Assembly (NCBI RefSeq): GCF_001194135.2
Contig: NC_068983.1
Location: 130,830,648 to 130,894,647 of the forward strand
Direction of reading: 5' to 3'
Length of the DNA: 64,000 bases
Origin: Octopus bimaculoides
Lineage: Eukaryota
Position numbers and translations under genes: made by a program. The notes under the pieces are model-generated. The model ran no database searches, was not told where the DNA came from, and saw only the letters and a list, made by a program, of their open reading frames with translations. The stretch's first letter is position 1. Each line of letters begins with the position of its first letter. Of the stretch, positions 52,051 to 64,000 are shown one piece after another.

Positions 52051-53174
52051 ATTTATATGTATACATATATATATACAGATATATATGTTATGTTATGTTA
52101 TGTTATGCCATTTTACATTCGGTGTTCGTTAAACATCAATGAAGATCCAGTAAAAAGTGTAAATCGTTAGCAGCGGTAGAAGGAAAGGTGCTTGCCACAC
52201 AATTAATAAGTTAATGCTTCTCTTTAATTGGATCAAAACCAGATTATTTGCTGTAATCATGCAACGGATTATATCATAACACCTTTGCTCGTGGATGGCT
52301 ATCGATCTGCAATAGATGATAAAATTATATCTGACATGATTCTTACTGTTCTGCTTTGTAGTTAGGAAGACCCGAAGAATGTATTTATCAATAGTTTGTT
52401 TTATCGTGCTGATGTTGTGGATGATGTTTTGCCTCAGTCCTACGGAAATTAATCAGCTTTATGATGAACCGTGTCACAGCTCTGACGAGTAAGTCATTAT
52501 TTTCTGTATTGTACTTTGTTATAGGAATTATAAAATACTTAACGTACACTCCAATTATCTCCCTTTTTGAATACAATGAGGAGTTATTTGTGGGGGATTT
52601 TGCCGCAAGCAAGTCGTGTGCATAGATTGCAGTTTATTTACCTCAGCTCAGGCCGCGCAAGAGGCTTAAATACTGACCTCATCTGTTCCTTTTGGCTTCT
52701 AGAAATGACAATGTCTGATAAAAACCTGGTGTATTTTTAACATCAACAACATTTAGTTCGCTGAAGAGGTTACAAATTGTTATAATTAAGGTATCATGGT
52801 GTAACGTTTCAGATATTTATGCTTCGCCTGATAGTGAAGAAAGTAACGACAAAGTTATGGCACCACTATCGTTGCGTTATCTACTGTGCTTTTCATTTTT
52901 CTAAAGCAATAAGGTTTCTAGTAGGTAAAGCGATGATGCAAGAACATATGTGTCTGCACCAGCGTTGTAGTTGTTGTTGTTGTTGTCATTGCTTTTGTTC
53001 TTGTTCTTTTAGCTGCTATTGTTCTATTGATCTGATTTATTACTCCTTTCATCAAAGGTATTCTCCCCATTTATCATCGAATCGCTTTTATTCGGACAGA
53101 GTATATCTAGCATTACATTATCTAATATGTCGATCTCTTTTTTAGAGACAGTATTATGCATTTTACTGGAGTGT

Positions 53175-53470
53175 TAGCTGCTATTTCTACAAGATATAGT
53201 TACTGTGCAGATGTTGTTGCATAGGTTCTCATACCTTGACTCAACCGACGCCATGTTGTTTTTTTTTTTGTATGTAAAGCGACGTATTAGCAAATCCGTA
53301 ACAGCTATAGCTACAGTGCAGATGTTGTTACGTAGGTTTTCATTGCTGTAAGATGTCAGTTCGATTAAAGATTTATAGGGATTGAGGTTCATACCTTGAC
53401 TCAAACGACGCTGTATTTTTTATTTATTTATTTATTTATTTATTTTGTATGTAAAGCGACGAATTAGCAG
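53175..53470. repeat. Local tandem duplication of a ~110-bp unit with an insert in the second copy
   Basis: TGCAGATGTTGTT..TAGGTT, CATACCTTGACTCAA.CGACGC and TGTATGTAAAGCGACG.ATTAGCA.ATCCGTAACAG each occur twice in order. Confidence 0.85.
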
Positions 53471-53592
53471 ATCCGTAACAGTGTTGAATATAATACTTTG
53501 TGGCATTCGACCCGAAACTCTGCGCTCTAAGTCCAAATCCCGCTCAGATCGGTTATGTTATGCTTTTTCTCCTGCCGTGGTCCATAAATATA

Positions 53593-54028
53593 TACTTTTC
53601 TACTTTTGGCACAAGGCCCGAAATTTTAGGGGAAGGGGGCCTGTCGATTAGATCGACCTCAGTACGCAACTGGTACTTAATTTATCGACCCCGAAAGGGT
53701 GAAAGGCAAAGTCGACCTCGGCGGAATTTGAACTCAGAACGTAAAGACAGACGATATACCACTAAGCATTTCGCCCGGCGTGCTAACGTTTCTTATTTCT
53801 TTATTGCCCACAAGGGGCTAAACATAGAGGGGACAAACAAGGACAGACAAAGGGATTAAGTCGATTACATCGACCCCAGTGCGTTACTGGTACTTTATTC
53901 ATCGACCCCCGAAAGGATGAAAGGCAAAGTCGACCCCGGCGGAATTTGAACTCAGAACGTAAAGGCAGACGAAATTCTGCTAAGCATTTCGCCCGGCGTG
54001 CTTTAACGATTCTGCCAGCTCGCCACCT
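53593..54028 (-). mobile_element. Head-to-tail dimer of family B SINEs flanked by one 15-bp TSD (TGGTCCATAAATATA)
   Basis: TSD at 53578-53592 and 54029-54043; two monomers meet near 53790. Confidence 0.9.
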
Positions 54029-54810
54029 TGGTCCATAAATATATTGCCAGTGGAAATGTGGAATATCGAACCTGATGGCTGGCTATTCTACATGTGCATG
54101 TTATGAGTTGAAACTCTGTGATAAAGCCGATGCTCAGGACTAATCATCCAACTAGGCCATTGCGTAGACAAGTAGAGTCTAAACTAGTATAGATAAAACA
54201 ACAACGAGATGTTGAGCTTTTTGGCCAGTAGTGGATTGACAACAGGTAACTGATTTGCTTCAGTAGAGAACTACATTATGTAAAGTGATCTTTATTTCAA
54301 ACAGTGAAATTTGATATGAGGAAGAGGTAGCTGTTCTTTCTTGAAAGTTGAATGACGACTTAGATATTCTATCATTCACTCTTTGCAACTGGGTTTCGAT
54401 TCCAGTAGAAGCCATTCTACTGAACTTCATATTTACATATTTTCGTGTTCGACACGATTCACACATCTCAGTCATACTATCTTTTTTTTCAATTCATTTC
54501 TATTTGATACCAGATACGGCGATAATCCAGTATTCTGCAACATGACAACACTTTTAATCTCGAATCTGAAACAAAATTCATGCATAAGTTACGCTTTAGA
54601 AAATATTTCCCATCACATACGAAACTTATGTCCCCTTGCACCAATGGTTGTGCTTCTATGTGAAACCTCGAATTGACAGATATCTCTAAAATTACATTCT
54701 ACTGCATTAGATAATGTAATTATGTACAATAATAGTCTTTGTCATATAGACAGTATAGATGACCACAGCGGAGATGCATTCGTCCATAGAGCAGCTTGAT
54801 CATATATATG

Positions 54811-55187
54811 TGTGTGTTGGCACTCCGTCGCTTACGACGTCGAGGGTTCCGATCAACGGAACAGCCTGCTCGTGAAATTAACGTGCAAGTGGCTGAGCAC
54901 ACCACAGACACGTGTACCTTTAACGTAGTTCTCGGGGATATCCAGCGTGACACAGTGTGACAAGGCTGACCCTTTGAATTACAGGCACAACAGAAACAGG
55001 AAGTAAGAGTGAGAGAAAGGTGTTGTGAAAGAGTACAGCAGGGTTCATCACCATCCCCTGCCTGAGCCTCGTGGAGCTTTAGGTGTTTTCGATCAATAAG
55101 CACTCACAACGCTCGGTCTGGGAATCGAAACCGCGATCCTATGACCGCGAGTTCGCTGCCCTAACCACTGGGCCATTGCGCCTCCAC
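54811..55187 (-). mobile_element. tRNA-derived SINE (family A), full length, 13-bp TSD GATCATATATATG
   Basis: TSD at 54798-54810 and 55188-55200; near-identical to the other family A copies. Confidence 0.95.
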
Positions 55188-55502
55188 GATCATATATATG
55201 ACCATGGTATAAACAGTAACAACAGTAACAGCAACAAGAACAACAACAAGAACAGAAATAGCAGCAGTAGAAAATGCTGTCTATCTCGTCAGATTGAAAT
55301 ATTTTATGCAACAGGAGTAAAATAAAGGCTATCTAATCACAATTTTAAAGGACATGTTCATTACATTGATTCCAGTATTTTACTGGTAATTTACTTCATC
55401 GGCCCCGTAAGAAAGAAAACAAAATCGGTAACTGCATAATTGGACATTACAATTTTAACTTTCTCAGTAATTCCACCGATCAGTTGAGGCTTTGTTTGGC
55501 GG

Positions 55503-55521
55503 CTATCTATCTATCTATATA

Positions 55522-55582
<61 letters not shown>

Positions 55583-55583
55583 T

Positions 55584-55614
<31 letters not shown>

Positions 55615-55623
55615 AATCAATCA

Positions 55624-55670
<47 letters not shown>
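55503..55670. repeat. (CTAT)n tetranucleotide microsatellite
   Basis: Direct reading. Confidence 0.97.
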
Positions 55671-55671
<1 letters not shown>

Positions 55672-56473
55672 GTGTGTGTGTGTGTGTATAAACCATCTCT
55701 CTACGAGATCACATCCAGCCGTCGTAATATTAGAATGGACATGTTGGTCGATACGTCGATGTAAAGCCTGATAAGCAAATCAAAGACAGAATAGTCATAA
55801 ACGAAACACGTTTGATCATGGAATGGTTTATCAGAGCTGAGAATAAATAAGAATAGAAATGAAAACAACAGTGGGTAATTATGCAGGATTAATGCATGAC
55901 GAGATCTACAATCTCGAAGAGTCTTGAAATTAAGAGATACCACTTAAAGTATAGCTTTATGATAGTAACATGATAATCTCTCGGCTTAGAGATGTTAGGA
56001 ATAATACGTTATTGGATGGCTTAATATAACCAACATTACTAGAAAATATCCGTCATTTTATTTGCCACGCGACAAGCATGAGATAAGTAACCCTAAAACA
56101 AATATTTTCAATATATAAGTACAATTTAGCAAATGTTGCCACTCGAAGGAAATTTGTTTATAATTACCGTTGCCTCATGGTGGAGACTTCACTCCAAAGA
56201 CAGAATAGATAAACAGACAACAGTTCTGCAATAAACACAAGCCATATTTTCCTAATACTACACTTTGGTATCTTTAGAAACATAGAAACATAACGCTGCG
56301 AATAATGAAGAGCGCAGTACATTAATTTTGAAAATCAGAAGACGGTATGGTCATAATTAATTTTTTTTTTTTTTTTGTATCCTAGATCTGCTGCTCGAAT
56401 GTAGTATGCTGTACAGTGACAACGGCAATGATTATATGTCAGTGTTTTGTGTTTTAGACCATCAATTTGTTAA

Positions 56474-56477
<4 letters not shown>

Positions 56478-56524
<47 letters not shown>
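56478..56524. repeat. (AAT)n microsatellite
   Basis: Direct reading. Confidence 0.97.
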
Positions 56525-59500
56525 GAGTATTGTAGTTCGCTTGAAACATTGTGTATTGTTTGTAAAGAATAAAAAGTTTTGAATGGTACAACAATGCACT
56601 ATAATACAAAAACACGGACTATATACTTGTGATTTAGTTATCTATAGTCCGATGATATTTCGGAATACAATTCCTTCTTCAGATCTTCTTAGATGCAGCC
56701 TCTGCTATAAACTGTTTACTAACGGCTTTTCTTTTCTTTTTTTCCGGAAGTGTCTCAGTAGTGGTCTCACGGTGCAGAATTGATAATAATCCTGAGAAAA
56801 ACAAAGACGCAGAATGTGTGGTGGAACGGTGTGGCACATTGTTAGTGAATGCCGAAATTACCACAACGTGAATACAAATGACGAAATGATAATGTGGTAA
56901 GAATATTCCATTAAGAACTTTGTGCAAATCTTTTGGCCTAGAAAGAACAAAGACATGGCAGAAGTAGTTACTGTCACTATCTCATTATTTGTGCTATTGA
57001 TTCTTCTCTTGTTCCATGTCACTTTTGTTTCTTCTGTGAAAGTACTATTAAATTCGTGCAATCCAAGACTTTCTCTTGTCTTAAGCCTTTCTTTTTGCCG
57101 ATGCCCTCGACAGTTTCGTTACATGTATCCCGTCACCATCTCCGTCCAATCAGGTTGGAACTGCAACTGGTAGTCTTTGACAGGCCCTGTTTTCTCTGAG
57201 GCCTAGCACATCCGCTTCGGGGGCTATTTTTCCAATGATGGAGGATTATTCTTTCTCTGTTCTAATCATTTTCAGAGATTTAGATCCTGCTTTTTGAAAA
57301 CAACAGCAGTGCCATAAGCAGTCTATAACACTAGCGACTGTTGTCGTTAGTGTTGTTTCTGCCTCTTCTAGCTGCTGTTACTCTTCTCTCTCCTTGACAA
57401 TAGCAACAACACCAGTAATTACAATAAAATTGCTTGATACACTATACTATGGAATCTATATGGACAAAAATGGCGGGGTAGCCACAAGTGAAATTCCGTT
57501 GCTTACATATAGCCCTACCCTACCATGGTTGTAGAGAAAGTAAACAACTTAGCGTGTCATTTTGATACACAAGATTAGCGACTGGTAAGATGTATATGAA
57601 CAAACAACTAAATATTTTTTTTTATTATTTGTAACGGATTAGGGAAGGGAAAAAATTGCCTAAGTTGTGTTTGAGGATCTACGTCACGAGTAAAACGAAT
57701 CGTTATAGTTTTCATGGACTCAAAGCTATCGTAGAAAACTTTTGTCATGATACTACGCATCTTAGCTAGTGAGCTCGAATTCCAATGCTCGTTTTTTTCT
57801 TCTTTTTTCTAAACAAGCCTGTTACCGACAGTCATATCGAACGTGGACTTCATGGCTGAAGAAAGGAAGACAAAACAAAATAGGCTGTATCAAAGCCTTG
57901 TTTGTTGTTTGAAAAAATTATAAAAAATATTTCAGTTTTTTTTTTGTTTTTTCTAATTTTAAATAATGCAATAAATTGCAATTTGTAACTTTGCTAATGC
58001 TTAGATATTCGTTAACCCTAGTTTGGCAAACATTGTGATAAAATCATCTATATTTTTAGTAGTTATTTTCATAATTACTTTATGTTCATTAAGATGAGCC
58101 TAATTTCCATAATCTTTAATAATTATTCTTCGCCATCTGCTGATATTGATTCCAAGAAATTCAAAGACTTTGATGAAAAATAAAAAAAATTGGGGAATTA
58201 AATGTTTCTTTTAAAAGGGGTTCTTAGATTTCAGTTTTTAAATTTATAATTACTGTTGTTTTTGTTCTTGCCGTTGTTGATATTATTATTTCATTTATTG
58301 GCCTGTTTAATTTTTTTTTTTTTTTCATTAATCGTTCAATAATGTCAATTTTCAAGTCATTGAAAAAGCAGAATAGTTAACAATTCCACTCATAAATACA
58401 AGGAGACACAAACACATGCACACGGGCATACAGACATATTCACACACACACACACACATATATATACACATACACACACATATACATGGCCACATGTACA
58501 TACGCACACACAGAGACACATATACCTGGCCACACACACACACTCAATTACACAGTAGCACACAGAAAATACATGCAGATACACTTGCAAAAATACAAAC
58601 ATCACAAACACATACATACAACACAATAGAACATATGCAACACGCATATACATACACACACACTCATACACACACACATAAACCTTTCACATAATGCGCA
58701 TAATATATGCACACACATACCCACACACAAACAATAAACATAACAAATAAAAACATAAAGCGTACTCATATACAACACATACACATGCTCAAATGTACCA
58801 ACTAGCACACGGTCACACAGCGCAGGTATACACACGCAAGACAAAACTGATCTACTCTCACACTTTAGCGCATAGAACAGACTCTCACTAGCAATTCTAT
58901 TTTAAAGTTCGATGTCTTATAACCACTATTTCCCTTATTTTACACAGCGAAAATCGTTAGAGAGAAAAACGCAGTGGACGCCTTAAGATACAAAAACCAA
59001 GTGAATTGATTAAAATGAACCACCAAACATTTAAAATATGATATGAAACATTTTCTTTAACAAATTCACTCTTAGCTGTGTTTTGATAATTATGTTGTTA
59101 CTATTAATATATCTAATAGTTAAGCAGTTACATTTTATCTATTTAACTGTTGAATAGTTAAGAGTTAAACGCAATTAACATATTAGAAATTAACTTGATA
59201 GGTTAACGAATTTAATACCAAAGTCATTACCAACACAAATAATATATTTTCGTGTCAAAATGCTTAATAACTGATCAGCTCCTGCTAGTTTGTTAAATAC
59301 ATCTTTTACTTAATATCATATTGAATAGGTAAATTGTGTTAACGTCTTTGATAGATAACTTAACCTTAACATATGTAATAGATATGTCAGTACTAACTTA
59401 CAGAGCAGTTAATTAGTATTAGCATAGTTGCTATCTAAATTTGCGTTGACACATTTAGCAAGTAATATTAACTTAATATGTATTCTAGTGTTCACATGTT

Positions 59501-60659
59501 TATTTGATTAGTGCTAACATATTTCAAGTTAACATAGTTAGTATTAATGGTTATGTTAACATATTGAACTATGCTATCAACATCATTAGGTGATAAACAG
59601 TTTGTTAAAATAGTCTTAACAAATTGTCATCGATTAATATTATTTTCATTATTTGGTAAATGTTTTATGTTATATTTCCCACTATTTACACTCTGAGTTC
59701 AAATCACGCAAAATTCGACTTTGCCTCTAAGCCATTCTGAATCTATAAGATAAAGTGCCAGTCAAGTTCAAGGGTTGATGTAATCAGTTCGACCATAATC
59801 TGAGTTTTCTTGGGAAGATATGTATTATCACATCTGTAAAGTTTATTTCATGGCGCTCAGTAGATGAAGAATAGAGCTTTAAAAAGGAAGTATGTAGGCT
59901 GTTGATCCACCAACTACAAACAGCTGTGAAATCTACATCGAATCACAGTCTACTGCTTTTAAGATAATAAAACATATTGAATAATGTACTTCAAACAACA
60001 CTATATCTGAAAAACAGATGTGTTGGTCTCTGATAGAATGCCATTGCGCATATATCTGTACGATCAGGATTGATATAAGGTAATTCAAGAAAAGCAACTA
60101 ATGACATTTTATATTTTTTATAAGGAAAAATTAAGGACATAAGGCCAAAGGAAGAATTGCTATTGGTTGACTGACATCCGAGGAAGAGATAACGAAATTT
60201 CTTCAAACGAAACTCATCTTGCATTGCAAATAAATGCATCGTCGATGACGTTATCAATGATATCAGCAAACCACAAAGTTGATTCAGTGGAACTGTGACG
60301 CTGATTGAATCAACTAATTTTACTGCAGTGAGAATCAATCTGTCTCAAAATACCTCAGCATGAAGGTCCTAAATTTTAGTAGAGAATTTGCCAGAATCAA
60401 CTACCACTTTACCAAAATCATTATGAACGATAAAAAATGAACTCTGTCTCATGATGTTTCCTAGTGAGTTAAAGAAAGAAAGGCAACCGACTGTTTGACG
60501 TATCCATGGATAGACCTGAGGTTGCTGATCTCGTCGGGGCAATCTGGTTACTCTGCAAAACCGTACACTCTCTTACCGTACGGTCATGTACAAAGAAAAA
60601 GATGGACTCGCAATCTTATACCATATGATCGGTCACCCCATAGACGAGTCCTGGCAGAA

Positions 60660-61450
60660 TACGATAAATTTTTAAATGTTACTACCAATTTAACAAATGT
60701 CGACTTCTTGGGCGTAACATTAGACCACTCGGAAGGCAAATACTACTCATCAAAGCTCAGGACAGAACAACCCATTAGTAATTAGAAACTTGAATCAGCA
60801 GAAGAATTCAGTCGTCCCCTTTTCAATGAGGTGCCAATAAGGAGAATGGGTGATAACGTTCTGTATGTGGAGGAACCGTATCATGACACTTAAAACAGAA
60901 ATGTGTTTAAAAAGCGAATGTATTCTGATTTAACTTTTCATTCAATCGGGATTTTTGCTAATGAATCCATGCGCTTACCCACTCTAATTACAAAAAGTTT
61001 TCTCTCAAGCTATCATACACATACGATGCCTTTTAATTTCCATAACTTAGATAATATAGCTTACAGAATCGTAAGCAATGGCTGAAGTAAATATACATCC
61101 ATTCAGCCTTTACTTCACACTGCAATCAGTAATTTCCGAAATCTTACCAAATGCCATGGTGTACACAAGAATGAGAGGTTATGACTTCAAGAAGATTCAT
61201 GAAGGCATGCACTGCTTCAGGTATACGGAGGATAAAGCTACACTAATTTGTCTTGGTTCATTTTAGGTTTCTAAGATCATAGAAATGACTTTCCCAACAT
61301 CACGTGGTGCTTTATGCCACCATTTTCCTAACCACTTTCATTTGAGTTTTCATTTGATAAATGTACCTCCAAGACAGCACCTAACAGCAGTAAAACCAAC
61401 TTGTCTTATTGTTATCGCCAGAAATACACCCAGTAAATATGCTTCAAAGT
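60660..61450 (+). pseudogene. Second, older Penelope-like remnant (RT thumb, linker and probable GIY-YIG region)
   Basis: TTNLTNVDFLGVTLDHSEGKY (VDFLDVTLDL-like), LITKSFLSSYHTHTMPFNFHNLDNIAY (LIDKHFP...IFNRN..K.SY-like); weak VY...FKK...FR matches downstream. Confidence 0.6.
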
Positions 61451-62534
61451 AATAACCTAGAAATACAATTCTAAGCATATTTTAGCCTCAACTGTACAAG
61501 GGTATATAATTCTAGCTGCCCATAGATATTAGGACCGATTTTAAATCGAAAAACATACTTGTCACGCAAATTTACATCCAACTAGACGCCTCTAAACCGG
61601 CTATCTCTTACTGAAATGTTGCAGCCAAGTGACAGTCCATTAAGTAACACCAACATCATTCTGTTTAACAAGTGGAGCGTGCAATGAAATAATTTATGTC
61701 ATTAGTTAGACCAAACAATGACAAAATTTCAACTGACAAATAGAAACTTAAATACTCTCATTAGACATAATTTGAATTTCATTTAAATTCTCTCAAAATC
61801 TGATTCAGTACATCTGATTATATAAATATTCTCTGCATCTACAAGTCTTAAAATATTACAGAGTTCTGTTAACTTGCTTCTTCTATAATTTTGAGTTGGA
61901 AATATTACAGCTGAGATAGAGACTGGGAAGGCAGAAAGGAATTATATTTATGCACAGATACATATTTGGCCTTCTTAAGTATAAATGAATGCATATATCT
62001 ATGTAGGAATACATATAAAAGCGGTATACACACACACACACATGCATGCATGCATTTGTATCTGTCTGTCTGTTTGTCTGTCTGTGGCTCTGTGTGTGCA
62101 TTATATGAAATATATATGTCACCGGTCACATAACCGAAATACGCACCATATATTTTACCTACCCTCCTTCTCATACAATCACTTTCTCACTCACTCGTTC
62201 TCTCTGAATATGTGTATTATCTATCTATTTTCTATCTGTCTATCCATCTAATAATCCGATTATGAATATATGTACGTGTGTGTGTGTGTGAATACACACA
62301 CATATACACACAGAGACGTGGTCGCGCGCACATGACAGTGCTGAACCACTTAATTCAGCTTCAGTTATATAATGTAGAAGCTCCATGTGAAAAGAATCCT
62401 AGTAAAATGAACCAAGACCATTAAACGAAGAGAATATTAAATAAAATGTTCAGCTTAATTTAATCCAGAATATTCACAATGGTTAAATGAAATAAAAGAA
62501 TAAGAATGCGTGTGTATATGTGTGTTTGTGTGTG

Positions 62535-62572
<38 letters not shown>

Positions 62573-63587
62573 NNNNNNNNNNNNNNNNNNNNNNNNNNNN
62601 NNNNNNNNNNNNNNNNNNNNNNNNNNNNNNNNNNNNNNNNNNNNNNNNNNNNNNNNNNNNNNNNNNNNNNNNNNNNNNNNNNNNNNNNNNNNNNNNNNNN
62701 NNNNNNNNNNNNNNNNNNNNNNNNNNNNNNNNNNNNNNNNNNNNNNNNNNNNNNNNNNNNNNNNNNNNNNNNNNNNNNNNNNNNNNNNNNNNNNNNNNNN
62801 NNNNNNNNNNNNNNNNNNNNNNNNNNNNNNNNNNNNNNNNNNNNNNNNNNNNNNNNNNNNNNNNNNNNNNNNNNNNNNNNNNNNNNNNNNNNNNNNNNNN
62901 NNNNNNNNNNNNNNNNNNNNNNNNNNNNNNNNNNNNNNNNNNNNNNNNNNNNNNNNNNNNNNNNNNNNNNNNNNNNNNNNNNNNNNNNNNNNNNNNNNNN
63001 NNNNNNNNNNNNNNNNNNNNNNNNNNNNNNNNNNNNNNNNNNNNNNNNNNNNNNNNNNNNNNNNNNNNNNNNNNNNNNNNNNNNNNNNNNNNNNNNNNNN
63101 NNNNNNNNNNNNNNNNNNNNNNNNNNNNNNNNNNNNNNNNNNNNNNNNNNNNNNNNNNNNNNNNNNNNNNNNNNNNNNNNNNNNNNNNNNNNNNNNNNNN
63201 NNNNNNNNNNNNNNNNNNNNNNNNNNNNNNNNNNNNNNNNNNNNNNNNNNNNNNNNNNNNNNNNNNNNNNNNNNNNNNNNNNNNNNNNNNNNNNNNNNNN
63301 NNNNNNNNNNNNNNNNNNNNNNNNNNNNNNNNNNNNNNNNNNNNNNNNNNNNNNNNNNNNNNNNNNNNNNNNNNNNNNNNNNNNNNNNNNNNNNNNNNNN
63401 NNNNNNNNNNNNNNNNNNNNNNNNNNNNNNNNNNNNNNNNNNNNNNNNNNNNNNNNNNNNGTTGTAAGTAATTTCATCATTTACTAACAGAAGTACGGTT
63501 TTGTGTTTTCCTGTTGCTGAGGTTTTTTTTTCTAGTACCTTCGACACTGGCTCTTTGGTTCATTGAGCGACAGATTTCGGTCCCATA

Positions 63588-64000
63588 CTCTCCAAGATAT
63601 TCAACGCACACATCAATGTTGAGTTCTGTAACTCAGTGAAATCCATTAAGTATGTGTGCAAATATGTCAACAAGGGATCTGACATGGCAGCCTTTGCAGT
63701 CCAGGATTCAGACAACAATGATGAAATCAAGACCTTCCAAACAGGAAGGTATATCAGCAGTGGTGAAGCATGTTGGAGAATGTTCAAGTTCCCCATTCAT
63801 GAGAGATATCCCCACGTGCAACATCTTGCAGTTCACTTGGAGAATGGCGAAAGGGTTTACTTCACCCCACACAGTCCAACTACAAATGGAAGCTCCCAAA
63901 AATATCACACTCACAGCGTTCTACAAGCTCTGTCAGGATGATGAATTTGCTACAAGACTGCTATACAATGAAGTTCCACAATTCTATGTCTGGCACCAAA
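63588..64000 (+). mobile_element. Helitron Rep/helicase (RepHel) fragment, one frameshift, running off the window
   Basis: KIFNAHINVEFCNSVKSIKYVCKYVNKGSD...DEIKTFQTGRYISSGEACWRMFKFPIHERYPHVQHLAVHLENGERVYF, then after a frameshift near 63865-63890 TLTAFYKLCQDDEFATRLLYNEVPQFYVW. Confidence 0.93.

Noticed and set aside
57060-57300. Relatively GC-rich patch with acceptor-like sites
   Set aside because: Stops in all frames soon after the best acceptor; no homology recognised.
59991-60338. 115-aa ORF as a host exon
   Set aside because: No recognisable motif; by rough estimate about one ORF of this length is expected by chance in a window of this size and composition.
1697-63547. Long ORFs in the supplied track that cross N-runs or consist of YI/CV/HT/poly-amino-acid repeats
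   Set aside because: Artefacts of assembly gaps and microsatellites; no coding evidence.

Overview
AT-rich eukaryotic (non-microbial) genomic DNA from a short-read assembly. Eleven N-gaps (about 4.3 kb in total) are nearly all flanked by TA/TG/TC microsatellites. The repeat content (tRNA-derived SINEs, compound trinucleotide tracts, Penelope, mariner and Helitron remnants) strongly suggests a mollusc, most likely an octopus; this is inference from repeat style, not a database match. I could not support any host protein-coding exon, so the window looks intergenic or intronic. Recognisable content: two degenerate Penelope-like retroelements (3.9-5.4 kb, 60.7-61.5 kb), two DD37D (maT-type) and two mariner-type Tc1/mariner fossils, an R4/Dong-like LINE fragment, two weak hAT-like fossils, a Helitron Rep fragment running off the right edge, at least three tRNA-SINE families, a MITE carrying telomeric repeats and a 1.7 kb foldback element. 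The most interesting signal is six minimal type I hammerhead-ribozyme motifs. Four of them sit as inverted pairs in two non-coding palindromes (14.8-15.3 kb and 18.7-20.0 kb). The first palindrome is a head-to-head dimer of a tRNA-headed (Pol III), hammerhead-bearing SINE-like unit, a candidate Penelope-mobilised ribozyme retroelement. All alignments and translations were done by eye.
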